DNA from: Alphaproteobacteria bacterium
GTDB taxonomy: Bacteria > Pseudomonadota > Alphaproteobacteria > SP197
NCBI GenBank assembly: GCA_965228895.1
Contig: OZ245842.1
Span: 4,192,001 to 4,256,000 of the forward strand
DNA: 64,000 nucleotides
Direction: 5' to 3'
This document shows, one piece after another, positions 50,425 through 60,037 of this stretch; the first letter of the stretch is position 1; each line of letters opens with the position of its first letter. The notes below the pieces were generated by a model. It was not told the origin of the DNA. It ran no database searches and saw nothing but the letters and a program-made list of their open reading frames with translations. Both the position numbers and the translations under genes were made by a program.

Positions 50425-52151
50425 GCCTGTCTCTCCGCGTCGCTGACGCGCGTAGCTTCGTCGTGGGGTCGCTGCAAGGTGCCCGGACGCTGTGTGGTGT
50501 CCCAGTTGTCCGCATAACCCACCGCCGCATTCGATGGCGGCAGCGGATCGCGTCCCAGGATCATGTCCGAGGCCTTTTCGCCGATCATGATCGTCGGCGC
50601 ATTGAGATTGCCGTTGGTGATGACCGGCATGATCGACGAGTCGACGACCCGCAAGCCGCCGATGCCGTGTACCCGCAGTTGCGAGTCGAGCACCGCGTCC
50701 TTTCCCGTACCCATCGGACAAGTGCAGCTGGGGTGGTAAGCGGTTTCCGCATGATCTGCGGTCCACCTATCCAGCGCCTCGTCGCTCACCACGTCCGCGC
50801 CGGGCAAAACCTCCTTGTCCCGATAGGCATCAAAGGCTGGTTGCGCGAAGATCTCGCGCGTCAAACGGATGGCGCGGCGGAAGGTGATGCGGTCTTCTTC
50901 CTCGGCAAGATAGTTAAACCGTATGTGCGGCTTGTCGGCGGGCTCTGCCGAACGCAACCAGACCCGGCCACGGCTCTTGGGTTTGGTCGGGCTGAGATGC
51001 GCCTGATAGCCATGGCCCTTGAACTTCGACGACCCATCGAACCCCATGGCAACCGGGATGAAGTGATACTGGATATCGGGGAACGACAGCCCTGCGCGGC
51101 TGCGGATGTATCCGTTCGCCTCGAAGTGGTTGGTCGCGCCCAGGCCATCGTGAAACATCAACCAGCGCAAGCCGACCAAGAGCTTGCCGATCGGATTCAG
51201 CCTGCTGTTCAGCGTGACCGGCTTCGTGCAGGAGACCTGGTACCAGAGCTCAAGATGATCCTGCAGGTTGCCCCCGACGCCGGGCAGGTCGTGCACAGGC
51301 TCGATCCCGTTTTCCATCAGGTGGGCGGCCTCGCCGATACCCGAGAGCATCAGGAGTTTCGGTGAGTTGATGGGCCCCGCCGACAAGATGACTTCGCGGC
51401 GGGCGAAGGCACGCTTGACCACGCCGCCCTGCTCGTACTCGACGCCGCTGGCGCGCCTGCCCTCCGTCAAGACGCGCCGGGTCAACGCATGCAAGACGAC
51501 GGTAAGGTTGGTGCGAGTCCTGGCGGGTTTGAGATAGGCATTCGCGGTCGACCAGCGCCGGCCGTCCTTGACCGTCATGTCCATGCGCCCGAAACCTTCC
51601 TGGCGCCATCCGTTGACGTCATCGGATCGCGGATAGCCCGCTTCCACCCCAGCCTCGACCAAGGCGCGGTAAAGCGGGTTCGCCATGTTGCTGCCGTTGC
51701 AGGTGTGGAGCGGTCCGTCGCTGCCCCGATAGTCGTCACCGCCGAAGGCCGAGGTCTCGGCGCGCCGGAAGTAAGGCAGGCAGTGACGGTAACCCCAGCC
51801 TTCGTTGCCAAGCGCCTCCCACTCATCAAAGTCGCCGGCATGCCCGCGCACGTAACACATGCCGTTGATCGATGATGTGCCGCCGATGACCTTGCCGCGC
51901 GCCTGATGGATCTGTCGGCCATTGAGTCCCGGCTCCGGCTCGGTCATGAAACCCCAGTCGAAGCGCGGTTTCGTCATTGGGATAGCGCAGGCTGCCGGCA
52001 TCTGGATAACCACGCTGTCATCCCGACCGCCATATTCCAGCACCAGGACGCTGTTGCCGCTGTTCTCGCTGAGCCGCGCGGCCAGCACGGCACCGGCCGA
52101 ACCGGCACCGATAACGATGAAGTCGTATGTCTGGGTTTCCGTCGCCGTCAC
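50421..52151 (-). CDS. betA: Choline dehydrogenase-like GMC oxidoreductase
   Basis: IGAGSAG, RGKVIGGTSSING, QEGFG.MD.TV..GRRWS, TNHFE, ETAYHPSCTC, NGNLNAPTIMIGEK. Start at 52151 or 52166. Confidence 0.85.
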   Translation of the reverse strand: MTATETQTYDFIVIGAGSAGAVLAARLSENSGNSVLVLEYGGRDDSVVIQMPAACAIPMTKPRFDWGFMTEPEPGLNGRQIHQARGKVIGGTSSINGMCYVRGHAGDFDEWEALGNEGWGYRHCLPYFRRAETSAFGGDDYRGSDGPLHTCNGSNMANPLYRALVEAGVEAGYPRSDDVNGWRQEGFGRMDMTVKDGRRWSTANAYLKPARTRTNLTVVLHALTRRVLTEGRRASGVEYEQGGVVKRAFARREVILSAGPINSPKLLMLSGIGEAAHLMENGIEPVHDLPGVGGNLQDHLELWYQVSCTKPVTLNSRLNPIGKLLVGLRWLMFHDGLGATNHFEANGYIRSRAGLSFPDIQYHFIPVAMGFDGSSKFKGHGYQAHLSPTKPKSRGRVWLRSAEPADKPHIRFNYLAEEEDRITFRRAIRLTREIFAQPAFDAYRDKEVLPGADVVSDEALDRWTADHAETAYHPSCTCPMGTGKDAVLDSQLRVHGIGGLRVVDSSIMPVITNGNLNAPTIMIGEKASDMILGRDPLPPSNAAVGYADNWDTTQRPGTLQRPHDEATRVSDAERQA

Positions 52152-52185
52152 GACAGAAACCCACATGTCGAACCGCGCACGGCGG

Positions 52186-53037
52186 TCATGGCGATGGCCG
52201 GGGATCGCGGACGACCGCGCGGTGCATGCGGCGCAGGAAACCCTTGCCGTGCAGCTTGGCTTCAAGGTCGTCATCAAGCGCCTCGTGCACCGTTGCGCGA
52301 TTGTCCCACATGACAATCGTGTCGGGCTGCCAGCGAATACGGCAAGTCAGTTCGTTGCGCGTGGCGTGGCCGTTCAGGAAGTTCAGCAACGCCGCACTTT
52401 CCTCGCGCGTCATGCCTTCAATCTCGCGCGCATAGTAGGGGCTGATCGACAGCAACCGCGCGCCGCTCTCCGGATGAACACCGGCGAGCGGATGGCGTGC
52501 GACCTCGCGTGGCTTGTCGAGATCCTTGAACCCCATACCGCCGAACGGCGTCGGATCGGGCGGCCACGACTCGTGCACGGCGACTAATCCCTTGAGCAGA
52601 TCGCGCATGCTTTCGGAAAGCGTCAGCCAAGCATTGGTCAGACTGGCAAAGCAGGTATCGCCGCCGACAGCCGGGACATCCTTGCCGTGCAGAAAGGTTC
52701 CCATGGGCGGGCGTGCGCGGAACGACATGTCCATATGCCAGCCGCTGCCAAAGGCCTGCACGTCATCGGGCAGCTTCAGGATCTCGGTGAGTTCCGGCAC
52801 GCCCTCGACGCTGGTTGCGTAAGGATAGTCCTCGATCTCACCGAACCGGCGCACGAAGGCCAGAAACTGCTGCGGGCTGATCGGCTGGTCACGGATAGCG
52901 AGCACGCCAAAGCGGACCCAGGCTGCCCTTAGCGCATCAAAGCTGGCCTCACTAAGCGGCTCGGAAAGATCGAGACCAAACACCTCCGCCCCCAATGCGG
53001 TCGCCAGCGGCCGCAACTCAAAGGAGTTCTGCGTCAT
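52186..53037 (-). CDS. TauD/TfdA family Fe(II)/2OG dioxygenase
   Basis: LGAEV.GLDL, WHMD, GGDT.FA, HPESG, WDNRATVH. Confidence 0.92.
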   Translation of the reverse strand: MTQNSFELRPLATALGAEVFGLDLSEPLSEASFDALRAAWVRFGVLAIRDQPISPQQFLAFVRRFGEIEDYPYATSVEGVPELTEILKLPDDVQAFGSGWHMDMSFRARPPMGTFLHGKDVPAVGGDTCFASLTNAWLTLSESMRDLLKGLVAVHESWPPDPTPFGGMGFKDLDKPREVARHPLAGVHPESGARLLSISPYYAREIEGMTREESAALLNFLNGHATRNELTCRIRWQPDTIVMWDNRATVHEALDDDLEAKLHGKGFLRRMHRAVVRDPRPSP

Positions 53038-53071
53038 GTCGTCTGCCCCCCTCTCCGTGGCCAACAAGAAG

Positions 53072-54322
53072 TCATGCCGCCGTCTCCATACGCAGCCTGA
53101 TGTGCCCGGCAAGATGGGCGGGGTCGTCGCCGATCCCGTAGAAACCGCCAGATGCGAAGGTGTGGAGCCAGTGTTGACCGCAAAAGTAGAGACCCGGCAG
53201 ATCACTCACACCGCGCTGCTGGCGCGGAAACCCGCGTCTGTCGAGGACGGGTTCGTGAATCCAGTCGAAATCGCAGTTGAATCCCGTCGCCCAGATGATC
53301 GAGGTGATGCCGGCGGCCGCCAGATCGATCCGCTCGGTTTCCGCGTAGCCTGAGCCTTCGCAAGGCTGGCCCTCATCAGTATTGTCCGCATTGACCTCGG
53401 GTACATCAAGACCATGTTCGCGGACGAAACCGTCGACTTTCTGCTTAAAGTCGACGGCAAAGGCATCGGACTCGGCAATCCGCTGATTGAGGTCCGAACC
53501 GAATAGTGCCACGCCGTCTTCAACACCATTAAGCCGCCCGGTGAGCGCCACGCCACGTGCGGCAAGAGAATGCAGGTTGACACCATGCCGGTCGCGCGCA
53601 CCGGTCAGCATCATGCTGGCGGCGTATCGTTCCTCATGGGTGACCGGATTGACCGGCGTCGTCAGCCAACCCATGTCGACCATCCAGGCAAAGGCATCTC
53701 GTCCGCGATAGACCCGAGGAATTCGGTTACCGGCGCCGACCGCCAAAAAAACCTCACGACCTGCCTCGATAAAGTCCTCGCAAATCTGCACACCCGTCAT
53801 GGACGAACCGACGATCAGTGCCGCACCGCCGGGCAGCCCCGACGGGTTCTTGTATGTGTAGGGATCCAACTGCATGACATCGCCGGAAGCCGCCGTTGCA
53901 AAGCCGGGCACGTTGGGCCGGTGAAAGAAGCCGGTGGCCACGATGACATTGCGGGCCTGCAACGTGCCGCTGCTGGTTTCCACGCGCCAGCCATCGCCAC
54001 TGCGCCGCAGATCGGTCACCTCAACGCCATGCCGGATCGGCGGGCGGACCATCGCGCAGAAATCGTTGAGGTAGCCGACAACTTCATCACCCGTCAGAAA
54101 GGCGTCGGGCTCATCGCCGTCATAGGCAAAGTCGGGAAGGCGCAGAAACCAATTCGGCGTGACAAGCGTGAAGCTGTCCCAGCGTTCATGGCTCCATGCG
54201 TGACCGACCTGGTCTTCTCGTTCCAGGACGACATGTTCCATGCCGTACTGGGCGAGCCGATAGCTGACCGAGAGTCCGGCCTGGCTGCCGCCGATGACAA
54301 CGATGTCGTGCCGTTCACTCAC
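53072..54322 (-). CDS. Flavin-containing monooxygenase-like oxidoreductase
   Basis: IGGSQAGL, RWDSFTLVTPNW, VATG, VGSSMTG.QI, WATGF, GLYF.G. Confidence 0.85.
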   Translation of the reverse strand: MSERHDIVVIGGSQAGLSVSYRLAQYGMEHVVLEREDQVGHAWSHERWDSFTLVTPNWFLRLPDFAYDGDEPDAFLTGDEVVGYLNDFCAMVRPPIRHGVEVTDLRRSGDGWRVETSSGTLQARNVIVATGFFHRPNVPGFATAASGDVMQLDPYTYKNPSGLPGGAALIVGSSMTGVQICEDFIEAGREVFLAVGAGNRIPRVYRGRDAFAWMVDMGWLTTPVNPVTHEERYAASMMLTGARDRHGVNLHSLAARGVALTGRLNGVEDGVALFGSDLNQRIAESDAFAVDFKQKVDGFVREHGLDVPEVNADNTDEGQPCEGSGYAETERIDLAAAGITSIIWATGFNCDFDWIHEPVLDRRGFPRQQRGVSDLPGLYFCGQHWLHTFASGGFYGIGDDPAHLAGHIRLRMETAA

Positions 54323-54466
54323 GTTTCATTACCGCCCCGGCGCCCGGTCGTGTAGCGCAACCGCAAAGTAGTCGCTCACGATTCGGCGCCGCTCCATACC
54401 GACATGACTGGAGGTCATCTTTGCCCAAGCACAAACCCAGTAAAAATTCCAAATACTGGGCCGGAT

Positions 54467-55459
54467 CTATGCGATCAGATCATCGTTGGCTGCGGTTGGG
54501 GACAGCGCCAGGGTAGTCGCGACCTCGGATTTCAGCCAATCGCAGAACGCGACGATGTCGGACCTGCCGGCGCGGTCTGCTGGCACCACCATGAAGTGGC
54601 CGCGGTCCCAACGGCAAATCTCGGGAATTGGCCGCACCAGGCTACCTTCGCGCAAGAGGTCACCGGCGCAATGATGCCAGCCTATGGCGACACCCAGGCC
54701 GCGTTGCGCCGCTTGAATAACCATCTGGTAGCTGGTGAAGGTCATGCCGTGGGGCGGCAGTGGCAGTTCGACGTCGAAGTGGCCGAGCCAGACCTTCCAG
54801 TTGATCGGTGTCGGCCACGGATAGCCAATCCACGTCGCATCGTCGAGGTGGAGCAAGGTTGCGTTCAGCAGATCCTTCGGACCGGTCATCGGAGCGTGCT
54901 GGGCAACGTACTCGGAGCTGCACACCGGATAGGCTTCCTCCATGAACAGCAGCTCGGCGTGAAACTGGGGATCGTCTTGATGGCCAACCACGATCGATAC
55001 ATCAAAGTCGTCGACGGTGGGACTGGGATTGCGTTCCAGCGAGACGATATGGACATCGAGCTCGGGGTACTTCTGGCGGAAGGCCGCCATGCGCGGTACG
55101 ACATAGAGGCTCGCCTGGGACGTCAGCATGCCGACTGTCAGCTTGCCGGATTCACGTTGCTGGCGGATTTCCTGCGCTACCAGGCTCATATGGGACAACG
55201 CCATGGAAACCGCTTCCATCAACTTGCGTCCATCGGCGGTCAGGCGAACGGTCCGGTTCTTGCGCTCGAAGAGTCGGACGCCAAGGTCGTCCTCCAGGTT
55301 ACGTACGTGGCGGCTCACGGCCGACTGTGTCAGCAGAAGCTCATCGGCGGCGCGCGTGAAGTTCTGATGCCGCGCGGCAGCTTCAAATGCCCGCAGAGCA
55401 CTCAGCGGCGGCAGTTTGCGGTGGGAAACCATGCCAGCTTGGCTCTTCAATCCCTTCAA
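54467..55459 (-). CDS. LysR family regulator (GcvA/AmpR type)
   Basis: LPPLSALRAFEAAARHQNFTRAADEL.LTQSAVSRHVR.LE. Confidence 0.93.
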   Translation of the reverse strand: MKGLKSQAGMVSHRKLPPLSALRAFEAAARHQNFTRAADELLLTQSAVSRHVRNLEDDLGVRLFERKNRTVRLTADGRKLMEAVSMALSHMSLVAQEIRQQRESGKLTVGMLTSQASLYVVPRMAAFRQKYPELDVHIVSLERNPSPTVDDFDVSIVVGHQDDPQFHAELLFMEEAYPVCSSEYVAQHAPMTGPKDLLNATLLHLDDATWIGYPWPTPINWKVWLGHFDVELPLPPHGMTFTSYQMVIQAAQRGLGVAIGWHHCAGDLLREGSLVRPIPEICRWDRGHFMVVPADRAGRSDIVAFCDWLKSEVATTLALSPTAANDDLIA

Positions 55460-55830
55460 GTGTCGTCGGCGTCGATCGCACGGTTCGGTCCATGCAGATA
55501 AACCAGAATGGTACAGCCTCGCGGCGACTGCGAGGCATGCCGGCTTCCCGCACCGTAACTTACGATACTGCCGGGACCGAACACCCGGCCATCCCCATCG
55601 ACGAGTTCGCCGGCAACAATATAGGAGTCTTCACCGCCCGTATGAATGTGCGGCAACGACTTGGTGCCGGGGTCGAGCCGAACAAGAAACGAGCCCCGCA
55701 CCGCCTGACTATCAAAGTTGATCGGTTTCCAGAAGATGCCTGGAACCGGATCGCCGTAGAGGTCGTAGGGGCGAAAGTCCGCAGTCTCTACAGTAAGGAT
55801 CGTGCGTCCCGGAACGTCGTTGTGGGTCAT
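55456..55830 (-). CDS. ChrR-like cupin protein
   Basis: LVRLDPG..SLPHIHTGGE, SRHASQSPRGC; GGAG RBS. Confidence 0.82.
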   Translation of the reverse strand: MTHNDVPGRTILTVETADFRPYDLYGDPVPGIFWKPINFDSQAVRGSFLVRLDPGTKSLPHIHTGGEDSYIVAGELVDGDGRVFGPGSIVSYGAGSRHASQSPRGCTILVYLHGPNRAIDADDT

Positions 55831-55855
55831 GGTGTTCTCCGTTGCGTCAGGTCTT

Positions 55856-58039
55856 TCACTCCGCGTCGATGCCGTACTCTCTCTTCTTGCGTGCACTCCA
55901 GCTTTGAATAATGCGGTCGGTGGTCATGGCGATGAAGGCCATGCACAACGCCGCGGTAATGCCGACACCAAAACCGCCATCGGCAAGGCTTTGATAGATG
56001 ATTTGGCCAAGACCCTTGGTGCCGACGAGCGCCGTGATCACCAGCATCGCCAATGCGAACAAGACGGTTTGGTTGATACCCAGCATGATTTCCGGCAGCG
56101 CCAGGGGAAGCTGGACACGGAACAGGAGTTGCCTGTCTGTACAACCCATCACGCGGGCCGCTTCCACCGCGTCCGCGTCGACCCGGCGGACACCCAATTC
56201 CGTGTACCGGATACAGGGCACGATCGCGTACATCACAATTGCCAGCAGACCCGCGAAGTCGCCGACCTTGAACAGTACGACCACTGGGATCAGGAAAACG
56301 AAAAGCGGGATCGATTGCAGCGTGTCGTTCAGCGGCCGCACGATGGCGGAAACGCGGTTGCTCAGTGCCGCCCAGACGCCGATCGAAACGCCGAGCAGAA
56401 TACAGACCAACACCGCCGAGCCGCATAAATAGACCGAGATCATCGATCGCATCCAAAAACCGCTCGTCAGCATGAAGGTGAGACAGAAGATCGCAAAAAG
56501 ACCGATCTTCCAGCCGCCCACTTGCCAGGCGAGCGCGACGACAGGCACAAGAACCGCGGGCCAAGGCATCTCGGTCAGACCGACGTAGTAGATCAGCGCG
56601 ACGTAGAGTACCGCTAGCGCGGCCCGCCACGACCACGACCGCGCGGCCCAAGCAGCCGCGGCGGCGGCCAGGGTCGCGTACACAACGATGACCGGTGTTG
56701 TCAGGGCAAAGCCCCATGAGAAGGGACTGACGGCCTTGTTAAAGCCTATCTTGATAGGCAGCATGAAGTAGAAAAGCGTCCAGTTTCGAATGCTGTCGGT
56801 GATCGCGTGATAGTTCGTGTTGATCCACGTGATCGCCGCATCGAGTGGTTGATGGGGCAGCACCGTCCAGGCGGCCGGATAGGTCTGAAGAACCGGGACA
56901 AACATGCTGGCGGCAAGAAGCGGGACGGCGACAGCGATGGTTCCGACCATCACCGGATGACGCCGCCAGAAATCGCCGGACGCGCCGGCGGCAAGTGTGG
57001 TGTCGCCCCTGCGCGAAAAGCCGAGCGTGATACGGTCCATCATCATGGCAACCAGCACGATGGCGAGGCCTGTGAGCAGGCTTTTGCCGAACTCGGCCTG
57101 GCGCATGGTGTAGAGCACCTCCCAGCCAAGATCCTCGCCACTGCCAAGCACAGCGGCGATGACCACCATCGACAGGGTCGCAAGGATCGTCTGGTTGATG
57201 CCCAACATGATGGTCGGCATGGCGGCAGGCAGTTTGACGAGCCAGAGTATCTGCCGGGTTGTCGCACCGGACATGACCGCCGAGTCAACGACATCGTCGG
57301 GCACGCGGCCCAGCCCCAGCATCACGGTGCGCGCCATCGGCGGCATGGCGAACGTCGCCGATGCGATCAGACCCACGGTCGGGCCAAACCCGAACAGCAC
57401 CAGGCAAGGCACCAGGTAGGCAAAGGTCGGTATGGTTTGCATGAAATCGAGCATCGGCTCGATGGCACGGCGTAAGTTCGGACTTCTGTGACCGATGATC
57501 CCGACGACGAGGCCGACAGTGATGGCGAGCGGCAACGCGACACTGACAAGCGCTATGGTTAGCGCCGTCTTCTCCCAAAACCCGGCCACAAGAATGTAGG
57601 TCAGCGCAACCAGGCAGAACACGGCAAGACGCCAGCCGCCCGCAACGTGCGCGGCGGCAACGACGGCGACCATGACCAAGGGCCAGGGCAGCCACAGATA
57701 AAAGTTGCGTAGACCGTAGACCGGCCATTCGAGAGTCCACGAGATCGCCCGGAAGATCGATTTGAAGATGCCGACAAACCAGTCCATGCCAGCATCGAAG
57801 AGGTCGGGGATTGGCAGCCCCTGGCCTTCTTCGAGACGCAGGAGCCACGCGTTGTCGGACGCGAACAGAAAACTTGCGGCAACGATGACGCAGACAGCCA
57901 ACCAAACCAAGCCGCTGCGGCCGACGCCCGCATCTACGCCACCGATCAGGCGGTTATAGAGGCCGCGCGACGTCGCGGCGGCATTCGTGCCCTCGACCAT
58001 CACGGCACGTTGTCCGACGATAGCGGCATAGATCCTCAT
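55856..58039 (-). CDS. Glycine betaine/proline-type ABC permease with two fused ProW domains
   Basis: Two copies of the Q(T/S)IP.F..L.P and IMLGINQT motifs. Confidence 0.9.
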   Translation of the reverse strand: MRIYAAIVGQRAVMVEGTNAAATSRGLYNRLIGGVDAGVGRSGLVWLAVCVIVAASFLFASDNAWLLRLEEGQGLPIPDLFDAGMDWFVGIFKSIFRAISWTLEWPVYGLRNFYLWLPWPLVMVAVVAAAHVAGGWRLAVFCLVALTYILVAGFWEKTALTIALVSVALPLAITVGLVVGIIGHRSPNLRRAIEPMLDFMQTIPTFAYLVPCLVLFGFGPTVGLIASATFAMPPMARTVMLGLGRVPDDVVDSAVMSGATTRQILWLVKLPAAMPTIMLGINQTILATLSMVVIAAVLGSGEDLGWEVLYTMRQAEFGKSLLTGLAIVLVAMMMDRITLGFSRRGDTTLAAGASGDFWRRHPVMVGTIAVAVPLLAASMFVPVLQTYPAAWTVLPHQPLDAAITWINTNYHAITDSIRNWTLFYFMLPIKIGFNKAVSPFSWGFALTTPVIVVYATLAAAAAAWAARSWSWRAALAVLYVALIYYVGLTEMPWPAVLVPVVALAWQVGGWKIGLFAIFCLTFMLTSGFWMRSMISVYLCGSAVLVCILLGVSIGVWAALSNRVSAIVRPLNDTLQSIPLFVFLIPVVVLFKVGDFAGLLAIVMYAIVPCIRYTELGVRRVDADAVEAARVMGCTDRQLLFRVQLPLALPEIMLGINQTVLFALAMLVITALVGTKGLGQIIYQSLADGGFGVGITAALCMAFIAMTTDRIIQSWSARKKREYGIDAE

Positions 58040-58075
58040 TGGGGGTTTCCGGGCGCGGGAGCCCGGCGGGGAGAA

Positions 58076-58108
58076 GCGGTCCGGAGCAGCGAAGGCAACC
58101 GGACCGCA
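58076..58108. terminator. GC-rich stem-loop between the SBP and permease genes
   Basis: GCGGTCCGG...CCGGACCGC inverted repeat; no clear U-tract, so possibly an mRNA-stabilising hairpin. Confidence 0.35.
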
Positions 58109-58127
58109 TCATCACCTGTGCCGACGG

Positions 58128-59111
58128 TTAGGGGTTCTTGGCCACCTCGATCCACGCCTGCCAGCGATCGCTGTTGTCGGCCATCCATTGATCGAGGAAA
58201 ACGTCGATGTCCGTGCCGTCAGAGACCGCCTTTTCCATTTGGATTTGGTCATCCGCATTCATGTCGATGTTCTGGAGAATGCGGTATGCCGTGGGCCACT
58301 GGTCGGGCGTTCCCGGCCAGGCGGTGTTCCATATTCTGGCAGCCGACCAGTCGCAGTCATAGGTCGCATCCGGATTGACGCCGCCCGAGGGGTCCTCGTT
58401 GCAGCCATCCCAGTATTCGGGAAGGCCAACCTCGGCCAGCGGGTAGTCGGCCAGGATGCCGTGCGGCGACCAGAACTGGATGAGCAATGGTTCGCCGCGT
58501 TCGTGAGCCGACTTGATCTCGGCAACCAACGCGCCCTCGCTTCCCGCCGGTTGGGATACTAAGGGAAGACCAAGCGCCTCGATGCGCCACTCGTTGGTCA
58601 CGCCCCACTCGATCGGATAGTCGAGCAAGCGTCCGTTCGGAAAGGTCTCGGCGGTCGCGAGCGATTGAGCGCATTCGTGCAGGACCGTGTAGTCCGTGTC
58701 GAGATCCGGACAGGCTTCCAACGCCTTGTCGTTGGCGTACCAAGTCTCGATACCCGAATAGCCGATCTCGCCGGCATCCAGCACCTGACCGCTCTCAAAG
58801 AGCTCCATCCAGCCTTCGCCGATATTGGACGACCACAGACCCAAGGCCATGTGAATGTCACCGTCGGCCACACCCTGGACTTGCGGATAGTAGCCTGCCG
58901 AAATGTACTCGACTTTGTATCCCGCCGCCTCGAGCACCCGGCCAAGTACATGGGCATTGAAGTACTGTCCGGCCGCACCTTGAACCGCAATCTTGATGGG
59001 ATCCTCGCTTTCGGGAACCTCGGCCACCACAGCGGTCCCTGTTCCACCAGCGTACAGTCCGGCTGCAACGGCCGCCGACATAGCCCACTGCTTAATCTCC
59101 AGCGCCTTCAT
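58128..59111 (-). CDS. Glycine betaine-type ABC substrate-binding protein (ProX-like)
   Basis: Signal peptide, ESEDPIK, AGSEGAL, FWSPH, YDCDW; GGGAGGG RBS. Confidence 0.88.
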   Translation of the reverse strand: MKALEIKQWAMSAAVAAGLYAGGTGTAVVAEVPESEDPIKIAVQGAAGQYFNAHVLGRVLEAAGYKVEYISAGYYPQVQGVADGDIHMALGLWSSNIGEGWMELFESGQVLDAGEIGYSGIETWYANDKALEACPDLDTDYTVLHECAQSLATAETFPNGRLLDYPIEWGVTNEWRIEALGLPLVSQPAGSEGALVAEIKSAHERGEPLLIQFWSPHGILADYPLAEVGLPEYWDGCNEDPSGGVNPDATYDCDWSAARIWNTAWPGTPDQWPTAYRILQNIDMNADDQIQMEKAVSDGTDIDVFLDQWMADNSDRWQAWIEVAKNP

Positions 59112-59205
59112 TCGGTCACCCTCCCATTGTTGTGGCGTCATCAGAAGTGTGACTCATCCTAGTGATCGTGATTTGTCGCTCAAAATGAGAAACAGACATG
59201 CTCAT

Positions 59206-59530
59206 TCATGCGCCTGCCTCATGGTTGATATGCTGAGTGGGTTGCGGTTGGGTCTGACCGTCAGGCCTCAAGTGAACCAACGAAGGCATCGTCGCGCCGG
59301 CAGTGACCTCGCCCATCAAACCGCGCCAGGCCCGACGCCGCAGATCCAGGCTGAGCATTATGGTTAGCGCGACAGAGGACCGCTTTGCCCCACGAAGCAA
59401 TGGCAATACGAGAGTGTGTGGCTAGTGCCAAACCCTTCCTTTGCCCAGCCGTTTCGCCGTCGGTGTCGAGAGAGACGGACACAGCCATCTCTTCTTTTCT
59501 CAGCGCCTACCTTTGGTCCTGAACCTCAAA
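59206..59530 (-). mobile_element. Highly decayed IS1202-like relic
   Basis: 59482-59503 CAGCCATCTCTTCTTTTCTCAG matches the IS end at 45454-45475 at 18/22. Frameshifted DDA/LVHLR fragments lie near 59270-59295. Confidence 0.4.
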
Positions 59531-59534
59531 GCGC

Positions 59535-59562
59535 GAGGGTCATAATCTGCATTATGGAAAGT
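59535..59562 (+). other. dif/XerCD-like recombination site (copy D)
   Basis: GAGGGTCATAA-TCTGCA-TTATGGAAAGT; same spacer as copies B and C. Confidence 0.65.
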
Positions 59563-59747
59563 GGGCGGATAAGGAGAATGGCGGTGCGGGCAGTCTGCTG
59601 CGAACCCGTCTCTGCCGAAATTTCCCTGTTAACAGGGAAATTACAGGGAAATTTTGCAGATACTGGCGGAATCTGAGTTTTTCACCGCAGTTCCTGCCAT
59701 ATTTTCAGTAACTTAGATGAAAATTCGCTACGCATCCGAACAGGGAA
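59535..59747 (+). repeat. Copy D of the boundary repeat, left part (interrupted by IS1111; resumes 61165-61230)
   Basis: GGCGGTGCGGGCAGTCTGCTGCGAACCCGTCTC...TTTCCCTGTTAACAGGGAAATTACAGGGAA is nearly identical to copy C. Confidence 0.85.
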
Positions 59748-59799
59748 TATATGGCCTGCTCCCGGGCTGGAAGAGGGAATTTCGGGAACGGCATCAGGG

Positions 59800-59990
59800 A
59801 AGTCTGCTCGAATATATCCGGCTTTGATATGCGGCGTGGTACCCGCCGCTGCCACGATGGAAATGCGCACATCCGGTGCCTTTAAAATTTACGCGGCCTT
59901 GGTGGCCGTTCGCTGTTCCAGGTTGGCCGGATGCCGATCGACTGTGATGCCATCCTGTCTGGTCCCACTTCGCAGATCAGGTGAGCTCTC
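59800..59990 (-). ncRNA. Putative bridge/seekRNA of the IS1111 element
   Basis: Structured downstream non-coding region (stem CATCCGG...CCGGATG, hairpins CGGCC/GGCCG and GCGGCG/CGCCGC) with segments matching the target. Boundaries are approximate. Confidence 0.6.
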
Positions 59991-60037
59991 TGGCCTCCTT
60001 GTCCCTGTTTATTCGCCTTTGCCTTAATGCCTGACGA

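Noticed and set aside
49654-53205. Long N-terminal extensions of the SDR, BetA and TauD ORFs in the track
   Set aside because: They overlap upstream genes; downstream starts with RBS or stop-start coupling fit the family lengths.
59829-59860. GGTACCCGCCGCTGCCAC as a tmRNA 3'-end/att remnant
   Set aside because: It lies inside the IS1111 non-coding region and is better explained as a hairpin of its RNA.
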